Shown: positions 25,811 through 38,999 of the stretch, in pieces
Layout: the number at the start of each line of letters is the position of its first letter
Numbering within the stretch: the first letter of the stretch is position 1
Source of the DNA: Rotaria socialis
Lineage: Eukaryota
Length of the DNA stretch: 64,000 nt
Direction: 5' to 3'
NCBI GenBank assembly: GCA_905331295.1
Contig: CAJNYD010000360.1
Span: 62,001 to 126,000 of the forward strand
Translations under genes and position numbers: made by a program
The notes under the pieces: generated by a model
What the model saw: only the letters and a program-made list of their open reading frames with translations
Databases searched by the model: none
What the model was told of the DNA's origin: nothing

Positions 25811-28205
25811 TTACGTTGTTGTTGTTTTATTTTTATGCATCTGTTCGTTAATTTGCTTCGCTAGATTATTAAATTTTGAGCATAAAATCGTTTCGCTTTG
25901 CTGTATAATAGGACGACCTTGGTCACATGCTTGCCGAAATTGCGTATCAATAGGCAATGATTCAAGAATATTTAAATGAAATTCATTGGATAATAATTGA
26001 GCACCATTTTCACCAAAAATTTTTTCTTCGTGCCCACATTTTTGACAAAAATACGTTGAAAAATTTTCTACAATACCAAGTATTGGTACATTAACAAGAC
26101 GAAACATTTCGATTGCTTTTCTTACATCAATTAATGCAAGTTCTTGTGGCGTTGTTACCATAATGACACCAGATAATGGAACTAATTGAGCAATAGATAA
26201 TTGTATATCACCCGTACCTGGAGGTAAATCAATAATTAAATAATCTAGTGGAGACCAAGCAACTTGTCGAAGAAGTTTTTCAATAGCTTGCATCACCATA
26301 AGACCACGCCATACAATAGCACCATCAGATTTAGTTAAGAATGCTATAGACATACATTTCAAATTGAAATTTATCAATGGTTCTATAAGATTTGTTGTTG
26401 TTGTTGTTGTTGCTTTATGATTACGTAGATTGAGTAGTGTTGGTAGAGACGGACCAAAAATATCAGCATCCAAAATTCCAACTTGATTGTTCAAACGAGA
26501 TAATGCAAGTGCTAAATTGACACTTACAGATGATTTACCAACGCCACCTGAAAGAAAAAAAAATCAAGAATACACCTTAGAGAGACGTCAATCAAAGAAT
26601 AGTTAGTGTCAATAGAAATACTCTAGAGTAAGTGGCTAACATTTCGTTAGCTATAACTTTGAGAAAACGCCGCTTTCAAAATGTATCTATTTTGAAGCAA
26701 CGTGATTGCTACATGCTTCATTGGTTATTTATTTCATTACGTAATTCATACACTGAGTCAGTGTTTACCTAAGTTCGATTGCATTACTGTATGTTTGTCG
26801 TTATCTAAATTTTCTTTTCATAACTTTATGATTACATACGTCGTTTGTTACTCTTTTTTGTAAGAATAGATTCGCTACTGTAATTTGTTTTTATTTTTCG
26901 ATTGGAATATTTTCTTAAAAGTTTTCAAAAGCTACCGTCAATATTTAATCCGTCTTATTTTTATATTTTATTGCTGATGGATAATATTTGATGGTTCAAA
27001 TAGAAAATTTATCATAAGATAATATTCAAAATCGATTCATATTGTTAAACTGATTGTTTTACCAATTGTTGAAACATTTTTTAATCATCAGCTGTTCATC
27101 TCAAGTAGTTCTTGTTCGAAAACTATATATTTAACCTAATCGTTGATCATCTAAAATCTTGTTTTTTTCCAAGTTAGATGATTAGTTTTATCATCATTTA
27201 ATAATACTTAGGGCAAATATGTGCTGGTAGCATGAATGCTCGTGAGTATCTTTTGAATAACGTTTAATAACAACAAGATACAGAACTCCAATTTTGCATT
27301 ATTGGAAAGATGAGATGAAGGCGCATCGAACTCTAGATCACTGATTTTTCTAACCTGTTTTTGGTAAGGTTTTCAGTTGACCTTTTCAAGAAGAAACCTA
27401 TCTCGTGAGTTGTTTACAGTGAATTTTCAATAATCAGGGTCACATTCAAACCACTAATCGAAGATCTACAAACTGCGAAACACTCAGGTGTTAAATTTAA
27501 TTATTTGGGGATAATACGTATTCTAGACGAACCTCTATTGCGATTTTTTATCAACTTTTTTGTTTTTGCTTTTTTTATGAAAAAAGCATTTTTCCGAAGG
27601 TTAGAAAGTTGAGTAAAAACAGTTAAAAAATCCTATACGAAAAATCAGTGATCTACAGTTCGATGCGCCTTCATCTCATCTTTCCAATAGTACAAAATTG
27701 GAGTTCTGTATCTTGTTGTTATTAAACATTAGCCAAAAGGTACTCGCGAGCATTCATGCTACCAGCACATATGCGAAAGAAACAGATCTTATCGAAATTT
27801 TACTATTATGACATTAGCTGAATAGTGATTGAATCGCATAGAAAAAATAGAGTGAAACACGCTCGATCTATTGGTAAAAAAAAGAAACCTTTTTCGACCT
27901 CTGCTTGAGGAAATAAGGTACCCCACTCACTACTTTTGGATTGCCCTAAGTTTCTGACTAATGTTTGAGGAATGATTTTTATAATTAATAAATATAAACA
28001 TTCATTCATATAAAATTACCTCATTGGATAAATCAAATAAATTGCATATACCTTTGCCTGAGCCAACTGCAATAATATGTCGAACACCTTCAATTGGTGC
28101 TCGTTTTGGTAAACCACGTGCCATCATAGCTTGTTGGTGTGGTGTTGACGTTGTTGAATGGCAACGTCGAAAAAGATGTAGAAAAGTATTCAATCGAATA
28201 GTCAT
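25811..28205 (-). CDS. NUBPL: Mitochondrial iron-sulfur protein NUBPL/Ind1 (Mrp/NBP35 P-loop ATPase)
   Basis: Exons 28052-28205 and 25811-26547. GSGKGGVGKS deviant Walker A, DADIFGPS, IVWRGLMVMQAIEKLLRQV, DLPPGTGD, ENFSTYFCQKC; Arg-rich transit-peptide-like N-terminus. Confidence 0.95.
27211..27946. mobile_element. MITE-like element in the NUBPL intron with ~134-bp internal inverted repeats
   Basis: 27217-27350 is the near-identical reverse complement of 27639-27772. Short termini GGGCAA...TTGCCC are flanked by TA on both sides. No coding capacity seen. Confidence 0.7.
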
Positions 28206-28273
28206 CGTTTCAAAAATCTAAAAGAAGGAAAACACATCTAAGCAAACTAACAAATAATGGACTTAATTGTCAT

Positions 28274-30983
28274 TTATTTCGTTCTTTTATCTAATAAACG
28301 TTTAAATAAATCATTCACTAAATCATCATGTATACGACCATGATGTTTCTTACAAATATTTGAATGTAATTGTTCAAGTACTTTCTTTGGATTGGTTTTA
28401 TACCGATCGATTTGTTTGGGATTTTCTTCAAGAATTTTTAAACAAAGTTTTTCTAATTCATTTTCATCATTTATGGCATACATATTATGTTCATCAAGAA
28501 ATGATTTTAATGTTCGAGTTGAATCCCGATTTTTATTACATAATGTTAATAACGTATAAAGAGAAAAACGTGTTATTATACGTTTTTCTAAATTTTTTAT
28601 TATATCAGCAAATAATGTTGATGATACAGCTTGGGCAAATTTACGAATTTTACGTCCATCATATGATATAGATTTAACGTCACTTAATAGAACTTCTAAT
28701 GCAATATGACCAAGATGATTATTGTCAAGTTGAATCATAACATCACGAAAATAATCCTACATAGAAAACAAAAATTAGAAAGAAAGAAAAAAAGATGCCA
28801 CAGAGTAATTTCAATTCGCATAATTTATGGTCCCATCAATTTTTTTATTTGGAAAGCTTTACATATCAAAATTATTTCTCAAATTTAAATGAAATGAATG
28901 ACAACATAACATCCTCTTTTTCTATTATTTATTTTTTTGTCAAAATATTATTTCTCTGGAGTATTGCAGATACGAAAAATTAAATATATTTAAAATACTC
29001 CATCAAAGATATTAATACATCTGATCTTGCAATTCTAACTATATTAAATTATGAAATACTGAAAATTCAACAATACAGTGATTGATCGGAGTATTTCTTT
29101 ACAAATTTATCATATATACTATGATGTAAAAGTCAAGATGTACTTCAGATGTGTGAAAAATTCGAAAATTGTCTTGCCGTAGTGATAATCTATTGAGAAA
29201 TTTATAACAGCATATCACGTTTCCATAATTAGAGCAATACATAAAATTAATTGTATTACATAGCTGTTAACTTTACAGGAATGTTTTGAAAACGAAATCA
29301 AACGTCAAAAGTAATATTGAAAAGCAATGTTCAAGATAAATGTTCTTAGATTGAATCACCAATCCATTGAATTCAATGAGTCTATCAAAAGCAAAGATGG
29401 GATTCGTATTTCGATTGAACATTTGAATACTCTGCGCGTCAAGTAGAACACGAATGCTTTTATGATTTTTGTAGGCTCAATTGAAATCTATTCTGTAGTC
29501 AAAACATAACATCTAACGGTCTGATTCTCAAGTTATTTCGAAATGAAATTGTTAAAGCGAATAGAAATGATGTGTTCATCATTGAGATACTTCAAAAACC
29601 CTATATATTCTCTATGATATGAAAAAACTTTTTAAATTAATGAATATTCAAAATTTTTTTTTTAAATAAGGAGATATGCAGTACTGTTTTCTTCTTCTTA
29701 GACTATACCTTGACTGAGAACACTTCTCTTATAATTATACGTGCCAATTCAGAGACTATTTCATGTATTTTCCTTCATCATCTTGAAGTAATTCAATATA
29801 AAAACTTACAATCATATCAAGTCGAAGTAATTCATGTAAATGTTCAACTGTTAAAAAATCTTTATATTTATCTAAATATTGTTTTCGTTCATCTAAGGGT
29901 GACATTGGTAAACTTCTTTTAATATGATCGATATTAACGAAATCTTTTCGATTAATATTTTTATCATTGTCATCATATAAAAATAACGGTGGTAAATTGG
30001 GTTCAATCATAAAACGATAATCAATTTGATCTTCTTTACGTCTTAAATGTACTGTTTGATGTTTATTTGTATCGTATGTTCGTGTTTCTTTTTGAATAGG
30101 ATAATTATTTGTTAATAATTGTTCTTGCCGTTTTATTTCAAAATCAATTGCTTGTCGAACATCAATAAAACTTCCAAGATTTTTTACTTCAACACGACTA
30201 CCATCTGGCATTGTATCTTTACGATGCAAACTAACATTAGCATCCACACGTAAAGCTGTTTCAAGACCACTTTGTTCGCATATATTATATTTTATTAAAA
30301 GACGATTTAATTCACGTAAAAAGGATTCACCTTCAAGACTTGATTGTATATCAGGTCTAGTAACGATTTCGACAAGACCCGTACCAAAACGATTCAAGTC
30401 AATCAATGTACGATTTTGATATTCATCATGAATACTTCGACCAGTATCATGTTCAAGTTGAATGCGTTCTATACGGCATTGTTTGATAACGAATGAATTT
30501 GGATTATCAACAAACTAAACAAACCAAACAATAGGAATATTCTTTTTTTTTTTAATTAATTGATTTATTTTCAAGTACTTTATGTTTTGTTGATGCTTTT
30601 AGTTTATCTCTTTTAACTAATAATGGATAATGAAAGAGACCATCCGAAGCAAATGGATATCGTTGTTGAGTTATTTGATAGCCAGATGGTGAATCAGGAT
30701 AAAAGTAATGTTTACGTTCAAAATGAGAGATTTTATTTATTTGACAATTAAGACCTACAGCTGCACGTACGCCAGCTTCGAGACAAGCACGATTCAAATA
30801 TGGCAATGAACCTGGTAAAGCCATATCAAATGGTGTTACTTGACTATTCGTTGTTTGAGCTGGAGCTGCTGATGAAGCTGAAAACATTTTTGAATTCGTT
30901 GCAAGTTTAACGTGAATTTCAAAGCCAATTAATGCATAGAAACGACCACTTGATAGAATAGCAGCAGCAGCAGTAGCTGCCAT
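28274..30983 (-). CDS. GATB: Mitochondrial glutamyl-tRNA(Gln) amidotransferase subunit B (~530 aa)
   Basis: Exons 30579-30983, 29810-30514, 28274-28756 join in frame (...LRLDMI|DYFRDV...). Motifs IGFEIHVKL, FERKHYFYPDSPSGYQITQ, RIQLEHDTG, IDLNRFGTGLVEIVT, LRVDANVS, RVEVKNL, DYRFMIEPNLPPL. Confidence 0.95.
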
Positions 30984-31458
30984 ATTTGAAAATATAGCAC
31001 AAACACTTGGAAAAAAATCAAGAAAATGAATAAGTAGAATTTTTTAGAACTCTACAGATATTCAGTAGTATATCATCAGCTGAATGTGAAATAGTGATTG
31101 GTTGTTTCGAGATTGATTGTAGAAACAAATCGAAGTCTTCTGAGAGATGGCAGACTAATCTTTTAAATCTATATATAAAAATTTACTTATTAAAAATATA
31201 GTATTACCTATTTTACATGTAGATTCATCAAAAATTTTCAAATATGTTCATTTTGATCGACATTGCATTTTTGTCAATAAGTAATACAGCAGATTGCGAA
31301 TTCTGTAGCTGATATCTTGCATTCATTATTTTGTTCTATGCTGTTTGATGGACCAATTATCAATCGGCGAATTATTCAAGCCTACTTTTCTCTATCAATG
31401 TTCTAAAGATAAGTGTCCGACGATATTTTCCTACATTCCAGTTTTTATATGTTTGCAT

Positions 31459-32567
31459 CAGAGACCGAAACCGATGACAAAAGTGCCATTCGATTCGGTT
31501 CGGCTTTTTAGAACTGTGATTCGATTCGATTCGGATTTTTCGGTCTTTTTAAAATTGTAATTCGATTCGATTCGGGTTTTCTGGTCTTTTTAAAATTGTA
31601 ATTCGATTCGTTTCGGCTAAAAATACGAAAAAAATCAATTCGATTCGATTCGATTCGACTCAAATTGGGTTTACAAAATATGGTATTCACTATTACATAG
31701 TATTTTTGTTTTCAGACTGTCATCTTAGAATGAGAATAGTCTGTCGATCTTCTATAGAAATATGTTGAATAAATATAATTTATGAAGATATACATAAGAA
31801 TTATTCATTTTTTTCAAGAAAGAACATAATATATAAATTAATGAACACATCTAAGTAGACTAATTAAATAATTTTATTTTCTAATAGAACGAAGAAAAAT
31901 AATATCATTTACTGTATATGGATCTATATTTACAGTTGACCATAGCCATACTTAATAAATGAAGAGGTTGATATCAAGACCCCAATCTCACTGGAAATGT
32001 GAATAAAGTTAAAGTCTTATTCAGTAATCTAATTGTTACATTAAGAGTTAAAATCACCTCTAAAGTATTACTTAACTCTTAATGCACCAGTCACATGGCT
32101 TAATTCAACTATAATGTTAATTTACTTCTCAGTGTGATTGGGGCCTAAATTGACTAACGAAAAAAGAAAGAAAGATGGAACGCTCGTTGTAAGTGAGCAT
32201 TTCTTATGCCAATCAAAATGCACTTGACCATGATAACGATATGAACAGAACAGGGATGACCATTAAATAAGCACGACTGACAGAAACAAAGAAAGAGAAA
32301 CAGTGGACGTCCTTTTTCATGCGTCATCTCTTATACTAGTCAACTGCTCTCGACCATAACACCAGAACAAAGAAAATGATTTTCAATAGCCGAATGAAAC
32401 TGAAGAAAAACGAATCGATTCGATTCGGCTTTTTTTCAATTTTTTTTATTCATTCGATTCGATTCGGTAGTTTTGAAGTTCCGTTCGGAATCGATTCGAT
32501 TCGTCTGGGGCGAATCGAATCGAATCGAATCGAATTATTCGGCAATTCGATTCGATTTCGGTCTCTG
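31459..32567. mobile_element. Non-autonomous hAT DNA transposon with subterminal (GATTC/GAATC)n arrays
   Basis: 12-bp TIRs CAGAGACCGAAA / TTTCGGTCTCTG; perfect 8-bp TSD GTTTGCAT (31451-31458 and 32568-32575); pentamer arrays at ~31487-31660 and ~32410-32557. Confidence 0.9.
31978..32145. mobile_element. Small PIF/Harbinger (Tourist-like) MITE nested inside the hAT element
   Basis: TIRs GACCCCAATCTCACTG / CAGTGTGATTGGGGCC; internal inverted pair CATTAAGAGTTAA / TTAACTCTTAATG; flanks CAA / TAA. Confidence 0.6.
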
Positions 32568-34234
32568 GTTTGCATGGATTAAAGCATTTCAACAAGCTAT
32601 CGAAGGATTGCCTTATCTCGAAAAGATTTTCTGTTCGAATTATGAAGAAACGTCGTTTTCTGTATTTAAATTGTCATGGATCAATTTGTGATATGAAAGA
32701 AACATCTAGTTGATATGATAGTTTTAGGTTATTGAAAATATTAAACACCGAAACTTCGTTGCAAGTACCAATCGATTTCAGAAAATATCAGTGCAGTTAA
32801 GCCAATTTATTTTTCTAATGTAAAATATTATCGCATGAACAACATTTTCAAATCTTCATCGATTCAGTAACTTTACATACGAAATAATCATGAGTAGCAG
32901 CATTTTAGATGCTTTAGATCAATATCAATATTGCAAAAATGCTATGCTTAATCCTATACGTTTTTTTTTCTTATTGTAGGTCATATACGAATACTACTCG
33001 AAATAATCAACATCAAATAATTTTAATATCATTTGATGATTTTGAATGTTAAGCAAATATAGAAATAAGGATGTAGAAAGTTGATGAAAGTCTTCATCAG
33101 ATATACTATACTCTCAGCTGTGATAATTGGTTTACACAGGAAAGTTCTCTTGAAACAAAACAGTAATCAGGATGTAGAACACGTTATTTTGGTTAATTGC
33201 TAATATTTTCATTAAACAAAAATTAGAAAATTTCGAAAGGAAATGCGAGTGTTAGCTTTTTATAAGTTGTTCTTTAGCTAGTCTTTCTTGCGTCACTTTC
33301 TTAAAGCTAATTATTTTGTGATGAAGAGTGATAAATTACGAAACTTGGATATATTTATATACATAGTCTTTGAAACAGACTTTTATTTAATACCCGTTTA
33401 GTCAGATACCCGACATAATATACAGATTTTTGAATTGTAGTTTTGTGTTCAAATACTTACTTAGACAAACACGGGACCATATTAACACACAACAATGTGC
33501 GTATTTTATACTAGAAGAACGATAAAAATAAAGAATTTGTTATTTTTGTAAAATATTGGTTTACGCAGCTCATCGGCATCCTAACAAATATATTGACAAA
33601 GAATTTTTTCGTCGATTTTACAGATTCCAAAAACAAATTGTATCAAGATTTTTGAACATCCCAGACAGTGACAGTCCACAATTAAATATTAAATCTAAGT
33701 TAGACTTTGAATATTTCGTATGTCCAGGTATCTCAGTAGGACACCTTTGACACCACTAAAATAGATAAATATATATGTAGTGAATAAGTAACAACACAAT
33801 CAACGATTGAAAAATTCCTTTTGCTGAAACGGCATATTTAGCAAAAGATTTAATTTATTCCAAACTTATTTTTTGCAAATTTTTGAAGATAGTACAACTT
33901 GAAACCCAAATTTTTAACCATTCTAAAGTTTAGAACAATACGATAAACTGTATAAATATCATGATAAAAGTGTGCATATTTTACGTTTTATTAAAAACAT
34001 CAATCTGTCGTATTGAATAACCTTTTATTCTATTCATAATATCCTTTAGAGAGATGCATTTTTCTTAAATATAATTTGCTGTGTGGGTATGATTTATTTA
34101 ATGAAATATAAAATTCAAGTGGAAAAATAAACAACATCCTGACTAGATACGAAAATTTGAACGGGCGAAGCACAAATTAACGTAAAAAAGGGTTTTTACA
34201 CAGTAAAACCCAAATAATTTTGTATTCCTGCACT

Positions 34235-37018
34235 CTAGACGTCTTCATTTTCATTAACTCTATTAACTAGTAGTACTTTTGAGTTCAAGACTTCACGTTG
34301 ACTTCGTCGCCACTATAAAAATAGAAAATATAAATACAACAGTCAAACACTATCACCAAGAAAATAAAATCATACTTGAAAAAATATATACAAGGAAGTT
34401 AACGTAACAAGTAAAAGACTAAGCGATGGTAAAATAAATTTTATATAAGACGCAACATCCAATGATACTAATATTATTGATAATAAACGATGAATTTTTG
34501 GTGTCAGCCTGGCTTCATCATCAAACCATACAATTGGCATTATAATTGGCTTGACTGATTTTAATAAACTACACAAACGAATCTTTCAAAATGATCTTTC
34601 AAACAAAAATTTAAAACAAAACATCTACGAACTGAAGTTTTTTTATATTTGGCATATAAAAACTCAATTGTAATCGAACATTAACATCAAAGGGAACACT
34701 AGTTACCTGTAGAAAATCAAAAACAGATAAAAAGTGGTTTCAAATACAAATCATTTTAGGTCTAAATACCGGATCAAAACTCATGATGAATGCATGTTTA
34801 TTTTTATTTGGTTGCATGCCATGAACATCTTGTCGGAATTTTTCATCTGCTTGAAAAAAATGAGGTGAAGAAATGAAACCCCATACTCCTATGATGAAAA
34901 AAAAGAAAAGTTATTTTTCAATAGCCAAGTATTTTCCTTTACCTAAGTAGCAAGTACTAATATTCAATACACCATCGCCTAAACAAGGGCCATGACCACA
35001 AAAACCACGATTTTCTTCTCGAGACATGTTAAATACATCGGCAGACAAATGGTAATCGTATAAGGTAACATAACCATCTTTTCTTTCTCGTAAAAATGAT
35101 AAATAATATGAGCTAATCAAAAAGTATTCGTTTTTAATTTTTTCGACAAGAAGATTTTCCGACGTAACTCACCGACACATATCAGCACTATATGAATAAA
35201 CCTTTTTATCCTTTTTTAAATTTGGTGGAAATAAAGATCCATCTGAAGTTAATTGTTATTTTTTCACAAGAAGAAAGACATGAAATTTTTAATACACAAA
35301 AATATTTACCTGTTCCATTCAGCATATTTGCTTGAGGTGTAGACCAATAATTTAACGTACTAAATATTACAAAAACAAAACACATTCAGATTTAGTTATT
35401 TGCAGGTTTTAAACAAATTTTACCTAACACCATTGAATGTAATAATTTTTGCTACTTGAGTTATATCATTAATTCCAGTCTGAATAGTAAAATTTTGATA
35501 ATAGGAAGTATTTCTCTAAATAAATGATTGATAAACTTTAATAATACTGAAAAAAATATATGAATTTAAATTACAGCTTGTAATATTCCAAATTTATCGT
35601 CTTTTAATACACCAGGTTTCACTTTACTAGCTGTTTCAATTAATGGATCTGTATAACCTAATCAATTGAAATAAAAATTCAATTTTTGGAGAAAAAGATT
35701 AACGAGTTTTTTTTCATTAAATTTTACCTTCCATTAATTGTTTTACGGTAACATTAACAAATAGTTGTGTTTCTAGTAGTTCAATAAAAAAATTAATACC
35801 TTCTTGCATCTCTTTACTATAAAATTGCACTTCATAAGCCATAGCCTGTTAAAAAGTAGAACTATCTAACAATTGTAAACTACGGGAGACTTTACCATTA
35901 ATGGTACATTGATAACAGAGACATATTCATCATCGGGACCAATTGATTGATTTCGATCAAAATAAAGTGTCGTACTTGGAATGTAAGAAAGTCTGTCGAA
36001 ACCATCACTATAAGTAATACTTGATCGATTCCATTCTTCTCTAAAAGAATACTTTTATTTGAGTATTTTTTATTAGTAAATTAATATATGTATATATGCT
36101 ATACCGATAAACATAAGGTCCACGTTCAACTAACTCTGGTATGGCACCATTTTGTACTGCAATAGGGTTGGTACAATGCCATATATACATTTTTCGATGT
36201 ATAGTAGCTGGTGGATTTTGCCAAAATCTACGGCCTTCTCGATTTTGAACAATAGCCATTTTCTAGAAAATATGTCCTGTTTTTTATTCATTGGCGGAAA
36301 AAAGACGATAGAACGAACGTGTGCAAGTATATTATTCACTAATGGATCAAGTAGGACCAGTAAAATAATTCCCAAAATTAAACCCAGAAAACTAAGTATA
36401 AAACAAACTGAACATTTGTAATTTGTTCGGAACGGCTTGAATGGCGACATTTCAGATAGCGTGTCTGGTAAACCGTTGTGTGCTAGAATATAAACGAAAG
36501 TAAAAGTTTCTTATCTTATGGGACTATTCGTGTGACGCAATAGATACAGCTCTCTTGTCCTTGTATATGATAGATTGTGCTTGTCGAAATCGTACTTGCG
36601 TAAATCCTTTATCATCGATTTCAAATGATTATATGAAAAGACAAAATAACATTAGCGATAATACGAATGAAAGGAGAATCCTAATAGTGATCGAACATGA
36701 AAATGCATTCAGTTGAAATACCCACGAATGACTCAGTAACAACATAACTATTATATAACTGTCACATGTCAGAATACTGTAAGATGTTAATTATAGAGAC
36801 AAAAAATCACGATAGAACGAAAGCAAAGAAGTACTGTATTCGCAATTATATTAAAAAACAAAAAAATGAATTCGCTTACATTTCTGACCATCATCATCTT
36901 CATGGAATTGTAAACTTGTAATTCCACCTTTTTCTTTGAAAATATCATGTGATGGATATACGCTTTCAATAAGTCTTCTTTTACTTTCCGTTCTTTCGTT
37001 ATCGCCAACATCGGTCAT
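34235..37018 (-). CDS. CD36/scavenger receptor class B family protein (SCARB/SNMP/LIMP-2-like)
   Basis: Multi-exon; the first exon 36880-37018 splices in frame to 36483. N-terminal TM, WQNPPATIHRKMYIWHCTNP, ELVERGPYVYREEW, CRSERKDG, GVLNISTC, ISSPHFFQAD, IMPIVWFDD, C-terminal TM; TAG at 34235. Confidence 0.93.
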
Positions 37019-37870
37019 ATTGATAATAGATAAGAAGAGTGGTGTTTGTTTTTTTAAATAAAATAAAAAATTATATCAAGAATCAATTTGTTGTTTTTCA
37101 ACAAAGTAGATGTGTATCAATTAGATCTACAAAATATGAATCATAGAAAATGAATGAATTGCAAGATTCTTTTTTTGTTCTTCGTTTCTTTTTTTTCGTT
37201 CTATACCAAGTACTTTGGAGAAACTTAAAAAAACATCGCCTTTATGTTTTAAGGTTATGTAAAATACTGCTTATATAATCATCAAAATATGCTTACAACA
37301 GAAATAATATGCTTCTTGAGTAATGCGATAATATGCTGACTATGGAGTTATGTAATGAAAATAGTTATATTGAATATTTTGTCTGCCTAAATATACAATG
37401 AAATCCTACATATTTTATTTCTATTAAAAACATAGAAATAAGTAAGAAAACACTGGACAATATCTCATATTTATGTTCGTCAGTTTAAAAGAAGATTAGA
37501 AGAAGCGACGTGTCAGAGGAGCATACGCTTCGATCACGATACTGAAAGAAACTAGCACGAAGGTTGGGATGCAAAAGTAGAGGAATATAAACGGTGAAAT
37601 TCAACCAAGAAAAAAGAACTATCAGTTTACTACTGTGACATAACGGATTATTTAGTATTATCAGTCATACATTTGTTTTCTATAAAAACACATTTGATAC
37701 TTATTCGAATGATTTACTGTCAGGTATAGTGTTGTAACTGTATAATTAATGAACATGAAATACTGAATTATCTTTTGTTCTTTAGATTGAAATATCATTT
37801 ATCATCTAACATGAATTTATCGATGTCATTGACAGATTGATTTTGATCAAACTATTTAAAAAAATTAAAA

Positions 37871-38778
37871 AAACAAAGTGAAGATACCTTTTCACTTTTT
37901 GAAGCACACATAACACTCGGATTTAAATCCGAGGTTTTCGCATTTATTCTATAAGACATATATCTCATCAAGATACATCCATTGTCACTAAATTGCAAGG
38001 AGATAATACAGGCGTGCTAAGTTAGAATGAACCACACTGTATGCGACCCTATCCGGTGACCACTGACTCTACTCTCAGAGTGATATAATATCATTAGAAA
38101 TTACAGAAATTGAGTTCAGATTCGCGTCTAGGTTGGAAGACCGGGTATGACGAGTTACTTTTGAATGGATTTGCGTTTGTATCTAGCGGGATTACGATCG
38201 TAAGCAACCTCATGAATCTATAAGAGATATATGATAGATACACCCATCAGTATTTTCCTAATAAATCACCAATATTAATAGCTGTCGAGTTCGGGTTTTT
38301 ACTTTTCGATAACCTTTTTGCCTAGCTACAAAATCAGGCATTTGGAAAACCCCAAAACTACTGGTCATCAGAGACATATCTAGACAATTTGGTTTCTGGA
38401 CGCAGTTTTTATGCATTTTGAGATCTCTTTCAGGCAGTGTTTCGTTAGAAAGCTACGATTTGATTCAAAATTAATATCAGATTCAAAATCAGTATTAAAA
38501 ACTGAGTCGATTTATATATGTTGTGAATAATTCTGAGAAAAAATCCCTGTACCTCCCCCCCCTCAGGGATGTCTGGCCAATAATGACAATTTTTTCGATA
38601 ACTCAGCGATTTCTTCACGGATCCTTCTCATCTTCGATGTCGACTGAGATATTGATGAGATCATTCTGCGTACAAAATTTCATGCCAATTGAATGAGGTT
38701 TTCAAAAGTTATCGTGTTAACGGACTGACGGACACGCTGACCGAATCTAGAGTGTACTCACTATTTGAGTACACAAAA
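37871..38778 (+). mobile_element. Probable non-autonomous Helitron/Helentron-type (HINE/DINE-1-like) repeat
   Basis: 18-bp perfect palindrome CTCGGATTTAAATCCGAG at 37916-37933; short GACG/GACA-type tract (cggactgacggacacgctgac) at ~38721-38741; terminal stem-loop GTGTACTCA-ctatt-TGAGTACAC at 38752-38774 followed by an A-run. 5' boundary uncertain. Confidence 0.45.
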
Positions 38779-38999
38779 GACAAATAGATACCGAGCCTGT
38801 TCAACATTTGAAAAAAACTAAAATTCATCATCTATAAGAACTTGATGAGCGCTATTTGCGTGTTCTATAACGAGCATGAAAGCATGTGAGAAGTTTTTCC
38901 CTCATTCACTGCAACTCTAAGTATGGTTGATTATTCGCCCAACTTAAGCACAATAAACTAAGAAAGATTTCTAATTGTTTTTGTCGAAAATGAAGTGTT

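Noticed and set aside
29710..29809. Apparent premature stop or frameshift in GATB
   Set aside because: A GTAAGT donor at 29809 splices in frame to 28756, so the gene is intact.
31459..32567. CRISPR-like look of the GATTC repeats, and the ORFs rich in RIES/SIRF
   Set aside because: The repeats are 5-bp units without unique spacers, and the TIRs and 8-bp TSD explain them as a hAT element; the ORFs are repeat translations.
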